A DNA stretch of 26,789 bases from a virus (lineage: Duplodnaviria; Heunggongvirae; Uroviricota; Caudoviricetes), in IMG/VR virus record IMGVR_UViG_2568526722_000004, positions 1-26,789 of that record; one strand, written 5' to 3'. Both the position numbers and the translations under genes were made by a program. This document shows, piece by piece, positions 17,345 to 25,535 of the stretch. The notes beneath the pieces were generated by a model. The model ran no database searches. It saw nothing but the letters and a program-made list of their open reading frames with translations, and was not told the DNA's origin. Positions within the stretch are counted from its first letter, which is position 1. Each line of letters opens with the position of its first letter.

Positions 17345-19150
17345 TCATGTTCTGTCGTTAATGCCTGCCGTTGCTGGTAACCATCCATCAGCATCTTTAT
17401 CTAACAGAACATTTGTGATCGTTCGCCCTTTATCTGGACCTTTAGTGCATTTAGCCCGCTTGTACTCCTTTCCGTACTCAGCCATTGCCCCTGGCATATC
17501 TGTACCAAAGCGTGTCAGTGATACCGGTTTTCCCAGACCATGCGCAGACATATAAGCCAAATAAGCATGATACAGATATCGCCTCGGACTAAATGGCACT
17601 ATTTCTGCATTACCTACTATCATTCCCTCACATTTAACCAACGACATCAGATAACCGCAGAAGTCCACCAGCGAATCACCTTCACGCTTTATCAACAGTG
17701 CTTCTTCTGATTTTTGCTGCTCATAAAGTAGTCTTTTCGCTTCGTCCTGGTCGGCAAATCGTGTAAGCAAATGGCGAATCACTACTGCCAGTTCCCCTTC
17801 TATCTTTTTCGCCAGCATCGGATCGCGTTCGTTCTCTGGTACAACCTCAGAGAAATTAAATATTACTCGTCGACGCGAGATCCCCCCACTACGGTCGCTG
17901 AATGACATGGCATAATTGTTTACTGCCAGCACTACCGCAGGAACGCGCGTGGAATAGGGCGCTTTGTGTTTCGGATCGATAGCCACCTTGTCACCGCCTG
18001 TAATGGCCTTAATCCCAGCACCATCACCTGCGTAGCGGGTCATGTCAGGCATGATAATCAGAGAATATCCCACCACTAACGCTCGTTCCCTCGCGTCTTC
18101 CAGCGCCTTCATGCTCGCCGATACTGTATTGGCCTTACCCGCCAGCATGGTACAAATCTCCGCCATCACACTTTTACCGCTTCCGCCCGGCCCCGTTACC
18201 TCAAGGAATAACTGCCAGTCGTACCGGTTCGCCAGTACCATGAATAATGCCGCCAGTACGCGATCCGCTTTACGAGCATTATCCGCCACCGAACGACGCA
18301 ACCACTTCCAGAAATTCGGCGCATGTGTTGCCAGCGTTTCCCCCTCTTCTGGCGGGCTGAACGGTAATTCACTGGCATTTAACAACCAGTCATTTTTGTT
18401 GTGTTCCCGAAAATTTCCTGTCCTGATATCAAAAACACCGTTACTGAACCCAATAAGATTTCTGTCCGCTCCCCCCATAACAGGTAGACTCAATTTCATT
18501 GTCTCTACGGCAAATTTAATGGCGTTTTGCGAATAACTAATTTCGGCATCAATAAAAATCTTCGCCATAGACCGCTGGAGTTCCTTATCAGATACAGGCT
18601 CCCAAACAATTCCGTTGTAATGGTGAACTACATCAGAATCATCATTTATCGCCAGTGCTCCTCCATAATGTTCAAGTAACACTTCCCCTCTCTGGCTGGC
18701 TCCCATCTGATTTAATGCAGGCTTGGGTAGACCACTATTTTTTGTAGCTAATTTCATCACTGAAACTTCCCCGTGCTCAGCCTGTTCGCGGATCCGTTGC
18801 AGGTAGTCGCGCCAGTTCTCCGGTTCCTGGTCGGTGATACCTTTGTATAATTTCGCCTCCTGTACGCCAGCCAGCGCCAGCTTTTCAGCGATAGTATTGA
18901 TCTGGATTGGCTCTATCTCCCCCGCGATATAGACACGCGCAAAACGGCGTTTCTCGTCAATAATGCGGATATTCGCCAGGTCTGCCAGTTGCTTTGGCCC
19001 CAGGTAAACAGGAGGCACGTTATCGCCGTGTTTTCGTCCTTCACTTTCAATCCAGTGTTGAGCATGGGCGTAAGCATCCATCCCGGCAAAAATGATTACC
19101 TCAGTGAATTTATCCTTCGGCTGATATTTTAGACTCGGTGCGTTTTTCAC
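17345..19150 (-). CDS. Replication primase/helicase-like protein (P4 alpha / D5-type SF3 NTPase family)
   Basis: 601-aa ORF; Walker A in ...LEVTGPGGSGKSVMAE...; last gene of a tightly coupled operon; followed by the iteron array. Confidence 0.7.
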   Translation of the reverse strand: MKNAPSLKYQPKDKFTEVIIFAGMDAYAHAQHWIESEGRKHGDNVPPVYLGPKQLADLANIRIIDEKRRFARVYIAGEIEPIQINTIAEKLALAGVQEAKLYKGITDQEPENWRDYLQRIREQAEHGEVSVMKLATKNSGLPKPALNQMGASQRGEVLLEHYGGALAINDDSDVVHHYNGIVWEPVSDKELQRSMAKIFIDAEISYSQNAIKFAVETMKLSLPVMGGADRNLIGFSNGVFDIRTGNFREHNKNDWLLNASELPFSPPEEGETLATHAPNFWKWLRRSVADNARKADRVLAALFMVLANRYDWQLFLEVTGPGGSGKSVMAEICTMLAGKANTVSASMKALEDARERALVVGYSLIIMPDMTRYAGDGAGIKAITGGDKVAIDPKHKAPYSTRVPAVVLAVNNYAMSFSDRSGGISRRRVIFNFSEVVPENERDPMLAKKIEGELAVVIRHLLTRFADQDEAKRLLYEQQKSEEALLIKREGDSLVDFCGYLMSLVKCEGMIVGNAEIVPFSPRRYLYHAYLAYMSAHGLGKPVSLTRFGTDMPGAMAEYGKEYKRAKCTKGPDKGRTITNVLLDKDADGWLPATAGINDRT

Positions 19151-19437
19151 TTCTTACCTCCCGCAACCAACATTGCCCGGATTTTTTTAATATTCGTGGC
19201 TGCACGTCTCGCCACTGCCTGTTGTTTGTTTTCCACCACAATAAAATCACGATCAAACTGACGGCGCGGCATTACGCAGTCATATTCGTAAGCCTCACGG
19301 CGGTAGGTGATATTGCCTGGCGTAACGTGACGAATAACCACCCGTCCCCCGCGTCTGGTGTCCCGGAAAATATCACCGGGGCGGATTTCAGGCCGAGAGA
19401 GGCCGCTGGCAGTAAAGCCAGAATTTTTCTTTTTCAT
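19147..19437 (-). CDS. Hypothetical protein (replication operon)
   Basis: 96-aa ORF whose stop overlaps the primase start (ATGA). Confidence 0.45.
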   Translation of the reverse strand: MKKKNSGFTASGLSRPEIRPGDIFRDTRRGGRVVIRHVTPGNITYRREAYEYDCVMPRRQFDRDFIVVENKQQAVARRAATNIKKIRAMLVAGGKK

Positions 19438-19441
19438 GGTT

Positions 19442-19642
19442 TTATTTTCCTGTCAGCAGTTCCGGTTTTATTTCCGCACGAATACAAAGTTCAGAAAAAA
19501 ATTCAGGAGAACCAACAATCTCATTACTTTTCAGTCGGCATTGTGATTTCACTTTCCCTTTATCCAGGTAAACCAGTACGCGTCCGGTGAAATCATCTGG
19601 CACATTAAGCACTACGGGTACATGCGCTTCATGATTATGCAT
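19442..19642 (-). CDS. Hypothetical protein (replication operon)
   Basis: 66-aa ORF; start overlaps the upstream stop by 8 nt. Confidence 0.4.
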   Translation of the reverse strand: MHNHEAHVPVVLNVPDDFTGRVLVYLDKGKVKSQCRLKSNEIVGSPEFFSELCIRAEIKPELLTGK

Positions 19643-19868
19643 GGCTTACATCCTCCGTGAATTTTCTTCTGTAACGCGTCTCTGCCACATATTCCGCATA
19701 GTCCGACGCAATACTAAGAATCATTTCACCCTCTGACTTGTAGCCACTGGTATTGATAAGAAAATATGCAGCTTTCATCATGTCAGCAACGCTCAACAAT
19801 GCGCCCGCTGCATCTTCCGGTGCGCCATCAAATTCCCGTTTCAGGGAATTAAAACGATCATCACGCAT
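19635..19868 (-). CDS. Hypothetical protein (replication operon)
   Basis: 77-aa ORF; start overlaps the upstream stop by 8 nt. Confidence 0.4.
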   Translation of the reverse strand: MRDDRFNSLKREFDGAPEDAAGALLSVADMMKAAYFLINTSGYKSEGEMILSIASDYAEYVAETRYRRKFTEDVSHA

Positions 19869-20226
19869 GTTTACCCCCCTGAATGACCTGATAACCGCAA
19901 CTGGTCAGCAACTCGATAAATTCCGGCAGTGTGCCGAAACAGCAATCATCACGCAGCCGTTCGCGGGATACTTCAACGCCGTTTTCGTAGTGACTCACCA
20001 TACGCCCGGTAAAATGCAGATCATCATCGTGATGGCTCGTTGACGGCTTAATCAGTCGCGCACGTTCCGCCAGTTCCAGCAATGCTTCAACGCTTCCGGC
20101 AATTGCACCATCCGGCAGGTGGTAATTACGCACTATGCGCCCGTTCTCCACATTGACCAGCAACTGCCCGGTAAATTTCTCGTCAAACTGAATGCTGTTA
20201 AGGTCAGAAATTGACAGGTTATGCAT
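19861..20226 (-). CDS. Hypothetical protein (replication operon)
   Basis: 121-aa protein from the second ATG (20226), which has a perfect AGGAGG RBS 6 nt upstream; the track start at 20244 is less likely. Confidence 0.45.
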   Translation of the reverse strand: MHNLSISDLNSIQFDEKFTGQLLVNVENGRIVRNYHLPDGAIAGSVEALLELAERARLIKPSTSHHDDDLHFTGRMVSHYENGVEVSRERLRDDCCFGTLPEFIELLTSCGYQVIQGGKHA

Positions 20227-20443
20227 GGTGCACCTCCTGCACATCAGCCATGATAATTTTTCCGGCCTTATCCAGTGCCTGATCGGCTTTTAGCTGCACA
20301 AATGCTAAATAATGGGAGATGCATTCTGATTCTCTGGCTGCGTGTTTATGCGCCACACCAGCGATAGCAGAAATCTCAATAAGTGAATCCATCAGCGTTT
20401 TGATAGCGTCTACCGCTGCATCAGGCCATGTTGCATTACACAT
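20219..20443 (-). CDS. Hypothetical protein (replication operon)
   Basis: 74-aa ORF; start overlaps the upstream stop by 8 nt. Confidence 0.4.
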   Translation of the reverse strand: MCNATWPDAAVDAIKTLMDSLIEISAIAGVAHKHAARESECISHYLAFVQLKADQALDKAGKIIMADVQEVHHA

Positions 20444-20639
20444 GTTCCACCTCCTGGCGAATACGGGCGGCGAATACCATCACGCAGCCATCAGGAGATT
20501 GCTGGCGTGCTTCCTGTTCGCTGGTGGCCTCGATGTGAATTACGCGCGGTTGTGCCGTGCTCAGGGCGATAAAACGCCAGATGTATTTATTCAGGTTGTG
20601 CGAGTCCCGCCCTTGCGGGTGTGTGGTATGATTTCTCAT
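20436..20639 (-). CDS. Hypothetical protein, first gene of the replication operon
   Basis: 67-aa product from the ATG at 20639 with GAGGT RBS, just downstream of the operator region; it is the plausible C-terminal segment of the 435-aa track ORF. Confidence 0.4.
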   Translation of the reverse strand: MRNHTTHPQGRDSHNLNKYIWRFIALSTAQPRVIHIEATSEQEARQQSPDGCVMVFAARIRQEVEHV

Positions 20640-20735
20640 AGCTACCTCGATACTCTTGCTATCGTTGGTGGTTAGACGCCCTGCATGTGTGCCACCACTG
20701 CGGGGCGTTGTCGTTTCTGCACCTTGCATCAACAA

Positions 20736-20789
20736 GGTGTTGAACACCAATTTAAGCCCAGGTGTTAAACACGTCAAGTGTTGAACACT
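20736..20789. promoter_or_regulatory. Three 13-bp palindromic operators (GTGTT-N-AACAC) in a divergent promoter region
   Basis: GGTGTTGAACACC (20736-20748, perfect), GGTGTTAAACACG (20761-20773), AGTGTTGAACACT (20777-20789, perfect); between the RHH gene (20839, +) and the replication operon (20639, -). Confidence 0.6.
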
Positions 20790-20838
20790 TATTTTTTTTC
20801 CTGCATACTGCATTTGTTTTTTGTAAGGGGTACACAAC

Positions 20839-21018
20839 ATGGCGACAAAAGCAGTAAACGCAAAATCACAAACAGTTGCGGCAAGGGTTCCGCATGAAGT
20901 TATGAACAATGTTGAGGCGGTAAAAATGCCTGGTGAAAGTACAGGGCAGTTTGTAACAGCAGCATTAAAGCGAGAAGTTGAATACCGCCAGCGCCGCAAG
21001 GCCAAAGAACAGGAGTAA
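20839..21018 (+). CDS. Ribbon-helix-helix (Arc/CopG-like) small DNA-binding protein, candidate repressor
   Basis: 59-aa ORF (below the track's length cutoff) read by hand: MATKAVNAKSQTVAARVPHEVMNNVEAVKMPGESTGQFVTAALKREVEYRQRRKAKEQE; beta-strand/helix/helix pattern; AGGGG RBS-like upstream; only gene on the opposite strand in this block. Confidence 0.5.
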   Translation: MATKAVNAKSQTVAARVPHEVMNNVEAVKMPGESTGQFVTAALKREVEYRQRRKAKEQE

Positions 21019-21329
21019 CCATCACCAGCGCCGTGGTGTGAGGAACTACGGTGCATCGTTTTACAGGGCTGCGCCATGACCAACAAAAAATCAACCAATA
21101 CACCATCACCGGCACGGAAAAGACAGCGCAGAAAGATAGCGTACGAGCATGAGTCAAACAGATTCGCGCCCTGTGCGTTTATCCTTGAGAAATTCCTTAA
21201 AGAGTACAGGCGCACAAAAATGGGGTCGCATACCTGGAAAACATCGCGGCATGGCAATGTTAAAGAGCAGGAATAGCCCACCAGCAAGCCAGCATATTCA
21301 CCATAATGACCCTCAGTTAAACATAGAGT

Positions 21330-21743
21330 CATTGGTGCAAAGCTGACACATTGCCCACCAGCCGCAAATCTGGCATTGTTGGCGATGCGTTCAAGTATGT
21401 AGCTTTCCCACTGGCGGCCCTCTGCGGTCGCCTTTGTTTTATCCAGAACGAAATCAGACATCAGATTGATCAGCACCTGGCGACCTGACAAAATCGCATC
21501 AGTCGCGCCACCAGCAAAATTTTTTGCTTTCCGGACAGTGTGACCAACGACATTTTGCAGCAAAATATTCTGCATTTCTGGCGTGCTGTAGTAACGGTGA
21601 TCAGCGCCTTCACTCTGTGCGACCACAACGCTATAATCTGCCTCGTAGACAGTAAGCAATATGGCGCAGTAGGCTATTCGTTCACAAAGGCGCTCCGGCA
21701 ACGGGGCGCTTTCTCTTTTTGTAACGGTCAGAGCGTTACACAT
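21330..21743 (-). CDS. Hypothetical protein co-transcribed with the antirepressor; 3' end undefined
   Basis: ATG at 21743 overlaps the antirepressor stop by 8 nt; the first ~140 codons look protein-like, but the frame has no stop until 20436 and runs through the + strand RHH gene and operators, so the true end is unknown (21330 is arbitrary). Confidence 0.3.
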
Positions 21744-22536
21744 GGCTGTTTTCCTCCATGCGACGGGCTAACCAACGCTGCGAAAGACGAATTAATTCAG
21801 CCTTCCGCTGGTGGTAGTCCTGGCCTAACTCAATCAGCGTGATATTGCTCTGCTCAAGGTAAGAAAGGTGCTCAAGCTGCAACGTGCTCATGTGGTCGCG
21901 TGGTTCGCCTGTAATGCCGTTCGCCAGTGCCCACTGTTTTGCAGTCATGCCACCCAGCACGATACGCGCCAGCATGTTCGCTTCCGTGGTGTAGTGGTGC
22001 TGGAGTGTGTTTTTACCCAGTTCAGCCCGGTACGCCTCCAGCGCGGCACACATTGGCTTAAAGTAGCTGGCAACTGTGATACGGGCTTTCAGTTCCCGGC
22101 GTAACGCTGCGGAACGAACAGGCGCAACCTTGTGTAGCTCCTCCTCGCATTTGATAAAGTACTGGCGAACGGCGCGGCCCTGTTCGGTACGTTCGACCAT
22201 CGCCAGTTCTTTCGCCATGTTCACGGTGATGATGTACTCAAGAGCTGTTTGCTGGCGAGATTTTGCGCTCACCGGATCGGGTCGGCTCAAATATTCAACA
22301 ACCTCATAATCCACGCCTTCCGTGAAGCCGTATTCTTCAATGCGCCCCTTGATCCACGAACGGAAAACGCGCCCTACACCTAACGCCTTATGTAACGCTC
22401 TGGCACTAACAATATTGGTTTCACTCCCGCCAATAACGCCGGAAATAATCGGGATAATATCGCCGAGATTTTGCAGATTCTGGTTTTCAGGCCGAACGAA
22501 GCCCCGCCCCTGTACGGGCATTTTTGGAAATTTCAT
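21736..22536 (-). CDS. Phage antirepressor (Ant/Rha-type)
   Basis: 266-aa ORF; segment ...ALEYIITVNMAKELAMVERTEQGRAVRQYFIKCEEEL... is characteristic of phage antirepressor/Rha-type proteins. Confidence 0.55.
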   Translation of the reverse strand: MKFPKMPVQGRGFVRPENQNLQNLGDIIPIISGVIGGSETNIVSARALHKALGVGRVFRSWIKGRIEEYGFTEGVDYEVVEYLSRPDPVSAKSRQQTALEYIITVNMAKELAMVERTEQGRAVRQYFIKCEEELHKVAPVRSAALRRELKARITVASYFKPMCAALEAYRAELGKNTLQHHYTTEANMLARIVLGGMTAKQWALANGITGEPRDHMSTLQLEHLSYLEQSNITLIELGQDYHQRKAELIRLSQRWLARRMEENSHV

Positions 22537-22613
22537 AAAAACTCCTGCTATCGAATTAAGTTACTTTTATTTGCTGGTGGATAGCTGGGGGCAATAGCCC
22601 CGTAGCCATTTAA

Positions 22614-22811
22614 TCAGGTAGCTGTTCCGCGTGATTCCGCAATACGCTGATTAATCCACTCGTCAATTTCACTCTCAACGAAAGCAATAGCTCGCGAGCC
22701 AATTTTAACTGATGCAGGAAATTTACCTTGCCCCATAAGGCGATAAATCCATGCCTTGCTATATCCAGTTCTACGCTGAACTTCTGTTAAACGAATAAGC
22801 GTATTTGACAT
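22614..22811 (-). CDS. alpA: AlpA-family phage transcriptional regulator
   Basis: 65-aa ORF: MSNTLIRLTEVQRRTGYSKAWIYRLMGQGKFPASVKIGSRAIAFVESEIDEWINQR, a typical AlpA HTH; sits downstream of a P4-type integrase. Confidence 0.8.
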   Translation of the reverse strand: MSNTLIRLTEVQRRTGYSKAWIYRLMGQGKFPASVKIGSRAIAFVESEIDEWINQRIAESRGTAT

Positions 22812-22880
22812 ATATTTACCTCATAACGTCTACTCAATTTGACGAGGTAATCATGGCACAGAAATAACGAATATTTTCAT

Positions 22881-23023
22881 ACCCTCAGGCCTAATGGTTA
22901 CCGGAAGGAAATCTACCCTAAGGGTGATGGTAATCTGGAGGAAATCTACCCTAAGGGTGATGGTAAAATTGACGGGGAAGATAAAAAAATACCCTCAGGG
23001 TAACAGTAAATCACCCTCAGGGT
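22881..23023. promoter_or_regulatory. Array of five 11-bp palindromic sites ACCCT-N-AGGGT upstream of alpA, including a 27-bp tandem repeat
   Basis: ACCCTCAGGCC (22881-22891, imperfect), ACCCTAAGGGT (22915-22925), ACCCTAAGGGT (22948-22958), ACCCTCAGGGT (22991-23001), ACCCTCAGGGT (23013-23023); GGAAATCTACCCTAAGGGTGATGGTAA repeated at 22907-22933 and 22940-22966. Confidence 0.6.
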
Positions 23024-23038
23024 ATGCGGTATGGTGCG

Positions 23039-23842
23039 TTAATCCGGCTTTGCGTTCTTTTGGCTGTTGTCTCGGTTAATAGGGCAGGCAGTCCTCTCTA
23101 TGAGCGTTGCAAGTGCATTACTTGCCCCCCACTGCTTAAGCTCCCTGGTTATCGCTTCTTGATTTCCCCTGGTGGCAAAATCATTTTCTGGATCGTAATT
23201 GGCCCACTCTCTGTTTCTAATCTCAATAGCCTTAGCTAATGGGTCTTTATCCCAGTATTTATATAAGTGTATCGGGTGCTCTTGCTCTAACTGCTCTATC
23301 CTTGCCCTTAACTCTGCGTTTTCTTTTTCCAGCATTGCGATTTGGGATAATAAATCATCCTCTGTACGCAACTCTTTCTTTTCAATATCGCGTCCTTGTG
23401 CCTCGTCATTTTCAGAAGAGTTAGCGCCTTCCAGCTTCGTTAACGCGTCAAGGACATCGGGAAAAATTGCGAAAATTTCACCCCTTATAAATCCAATGTT
23501 CTCAAATTCGGGATCTTCCCAATAACCGGACACCAGAAAACCATTTTCATCCCTCTCACCAGGTAAACAACCACGTTTCCGAACCGCATTCAGATTTCTA
23601 TAAAGAACATCATTATCAAATTCATCCCGATACGGGTTACAAAAAGATTCCAACAGCTTAAATTCATTTACTGTGTACAGGCGGATATGTTCTCCGCTTA
23701 TTCTCCTGAGTATCCAAGTTATGACATCTGAAACATCATAATCATCACCAGCGACCTTAAGCACGACCTCAAGAAATTCACGTAAAGAAATAAAATCTTT
23801 TTTGTATTCGTTTAATTCGGCATGAATATCAATCATACGCAC
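23039..23842 (-). CDS. Hypothetical protein with coiled-coil segment
   Basis: 267-aa ORF between the integrase and alpA; coiled-coil-like LLSQIAMLEKENAELRARIEQLEQEH; lower GC than the neighbouring core genes. Confidence 0.5.
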   Translation of the reverse strand: MRMIDIHAELNEYKKDFISLREFLEVVLKVAGDDYDVSDVITWILRRISGEHIRLYTVNEFKLLESFCNPYRDEFDNDVLYRNLNAVRKRGCLPGERDENGFLVSGYWEDPEFENIGFIRGEIFAIFPDVLDALTKLEGANSSENDEAQGRDIEKKELRTEDDLLSQIAMLEKENAELRARIEQLEQEHPIHLYKYWDKDPLAKAIEIRNREWANYDPENDFATRGNQEAITRELKQWGASNALATLIERTACPINRDNSQKNAKPD

Positions 23843-23964
23843 ACCTCAGCGTCCTCTACTGTAGTGGCTGTACCAGTCCGTCGAGGTGTACGGATTTTCG
23901 GGAGCGACCCTAGACACAGCCTTTTCTTTCGTCGCTCAAAGTCTACTACTGTATACTCAACCAG

Positions 23965-25179
23965 TCACCCGCATTTTCCGAACTCACCATGCACCACATT
24001 TCCGCCATGCTCGAGCGAATCCATATAATCAGCGTACCACTGAAGCATTTCCCGCCGCCCATCCAGATATTGCGCATGGTTGTATGTGCCACGAATTGAG
24101 TTTTTATCGACGTGCGCAAGCTGTGTCTCTATCCACGCGGTGTTATAGCCCTGCTCATGCAAAATGGTGCTCATAGTGTGCCGGAAGCCATGACCAGTAA
24201 CCTTTCCGTTATAGCCGATGCGTTTAAATACTTGGTTTATGCTAGCCTCGCTCATTGTTTTCCTTGGATCATTACGGCCGGGAAACATAAGCGGATAATT
24301 GCCAGTTAGTTCTTTAATCTGCCCAATAAGCGAAAGAGCCTGCTCAGACAAAGGCACTACATGAGGGCGACGCATTTTCATCCGTGAAGCAGGTATCTCC
24401 CAGATAGCCTTGTTGAGATCGATTTCATCCCATAATGCACCGCGCAGTTCGCCAGTCCGCAAACCGGTGATAATCAGTAAACGAGCCGCCATAACAACCA
24501 ATGCACTTCCTGAGTAACTGGACAATGCCTTGAAAAAATCAGGTAATTCTTTGGCTGTGAGGAAAGGATAATGATTAGATTCATGACCTTGCATCGCGCT
24601 GGTGAGATCCGGTGCAGGGTTATACTCAGCACGTCCAGTGACAATTGCATAGCGGAAAACTTCCCCACATCGCTGCCTCACTTTTTTGGCTTTTTCGGTA
24701 GCACCGCGCCCCTCGATGCGCCGCAGCACATTCAGCAGTTCAAGTGGTTTGATTTCGGCGATTGGTTTTTTGCCAATGTAAGGGAACACATCTTTGTTGA
24801 AGGCTTCGAGGATGTCTGAAGCATAACCAGCAGACCATTTTTTTAATTTGCTGCTGTGCCACTCAAGGGCAATATCTTTGAAGGTGTTGTTTAACTGCGT
24901 TTCCCGGGCAATCTTTTCCTCTCGTTTCGCTTCCATCGGATCGATACCCCCAGCGATACCCCTTTTAGCTTCTTCACGTTTTGCACGAGCATCAGCCAAG
25001 GTAACTTCAGGATACACACCTAGTGCTAACAGCTTCTCTTTACCAGCTACACGATACTTGAAGCGCCAATATTTTCCTCCACTAGGTTTTACCAAGAGAT
25101 ACAGACCACCACCATCAGCCAGCTTGTAAGCCTTCTCTTTTGGCTTGGCAGTGTCTATTTGACGGGCATTGAGTTTCAC
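23965..25179 (-). CDS. Tyrosine recombinase, P4-type integrase
   Basis: 404-aa ORF next to and co-oriented with thrW; N-terminal MKLNARQIDTAKPKEKAYKLADGGGLYLLVKPSGGKYWRFKYR... (P4-integrase N-terminal domain type) and C-terminal ...GHGFRHTMSTILHEQGYNTAWIETQLAH...Y catalytic region. Confidence 0.9.
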   Translation of the reverse strand: MKLNARQIDTAKPKEKAYKLADGGGLYLLVKPSGGKYWRFKYRVAGKEKLLALGVYPEVTLADARAKREEAKRGIAGGIDPMEAKREEKIARETQLNNTFKDIALEWHSSKLKKWSAGYASDILEAFNKDVFPYIGKKPIAEIKPLELLNVLRRIEGRGATEKAKKVRQRCGEVFRYAIVTGRAEYNPAPDLTSAMQGHESNHYPFLTAKELPDFFKALSSYSGSALVVMAARLLIITGLRTGELRGALWDEIDLNKAIWEIPASRMKMRRPHVVPLSEQALSLIGQIKELTGNYPLMFPGRNDPRKTMSEASINQVFKRIGYNGKVTGHGFRHTMSTILHEQGYNTAWIETQLAHVDKNSIRGTYNHAQYLDGRREMLQWYADYMDSLEHGGNVVHGEFGKCG

Positions 25180-25210
25180 TTGGGGGTACCTCCACTAAAC
25201 CGAACAGCAA

Positions 25211-25231
25211 ATACCCCCAAAAGTACCCCCA
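25211..25231. repeat. 21-bp repeat ATACCCCCAAAAGTACCCCCA (candidate integrase arm-type site), copy 2
   Basis: Exact direct repeat of 9050-9070; lies between the integrase start and the tRNA. Confidence 0.6.
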
Positions 25232-25343
25232 ATTGACTGTAGATTTTGGAGTACTTAAGTAGACGTCAAAAGACTAAAAGGGGCGCTAACATGCGGATTA
25301 TAAGAGGTTTTTAAATACTTGAGTAGACTTGGGGATACATTAG

Positions 25344-25362
25344 AATGGTGCCGATAATAGGA
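25344..25362. repeat. att core at the thrW 3' end (attL of element A)
   Basis: AATGGTGCCGATAATAGGA overlaps the last 17 nt of the tRNA gene; imperfect direct repeat at 8973-8990. Confidence 0.7.
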
Positions 25363-25421
25363 GTCGAACCTACGACCTTCGCATTACGAATGCGCTGCTC
25401 TACCAACTGAGCTATATCGGC
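25346..25421 (-). tRNA. thrW: tRNA-Thr (anticodon CGU)
   Basis: Reverse complement is GCCGATATAGCTCAGTTGGTAGAGCAGCGCATTCGTAATGCGAAGGTCGTAGGTTCGACTCCTATTATCGGCACCA: 76 nt, cloverleaf-compatible, anticodon loop TTCGTAA, encoded CCA; sits immediately downstream of proA as thrW does in E. coli. Confidence 0.95.
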
Positions 25422-25450
25422 CCTGAAAGGACATGTTCACGAACGTGAAT

Positions 25451-25479
25451 CACGGTGGACAAGGTTAAAACTAACCGGG
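25451..25479 (-). promoter_or_regulatory. Possible thrW promoter
   Basis: On the minus strand TTGACG (25479-25474), 17-bp spacer, TAACCT (25456-25451), about 30 nt upstream of the tRNA 5' end; weak -10, so tentative. Confidence 0.3.
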
Positions 25480-25535
25480 CGATGCGTCAATGGCCTTGTG
25501 AATCAAATGGCTACTTTTGCATCACCCGGTTTTAT

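Noticed and set aside
17361-18536. + strand ORFs antisense to the primase gene (17361..17555, 18042..18536)
   Set aside because: Embedded in a 601-aa ORF with a clear Walker A motif and operon context.
21076-21346. Small + strand ORFs 21076..21276 and 21149..21346
   Set aside because: Overlapping each other in different frames with basic low-complexity translations and weak start context; kept only as an alternative explanation in the note on the 435-aa frame.
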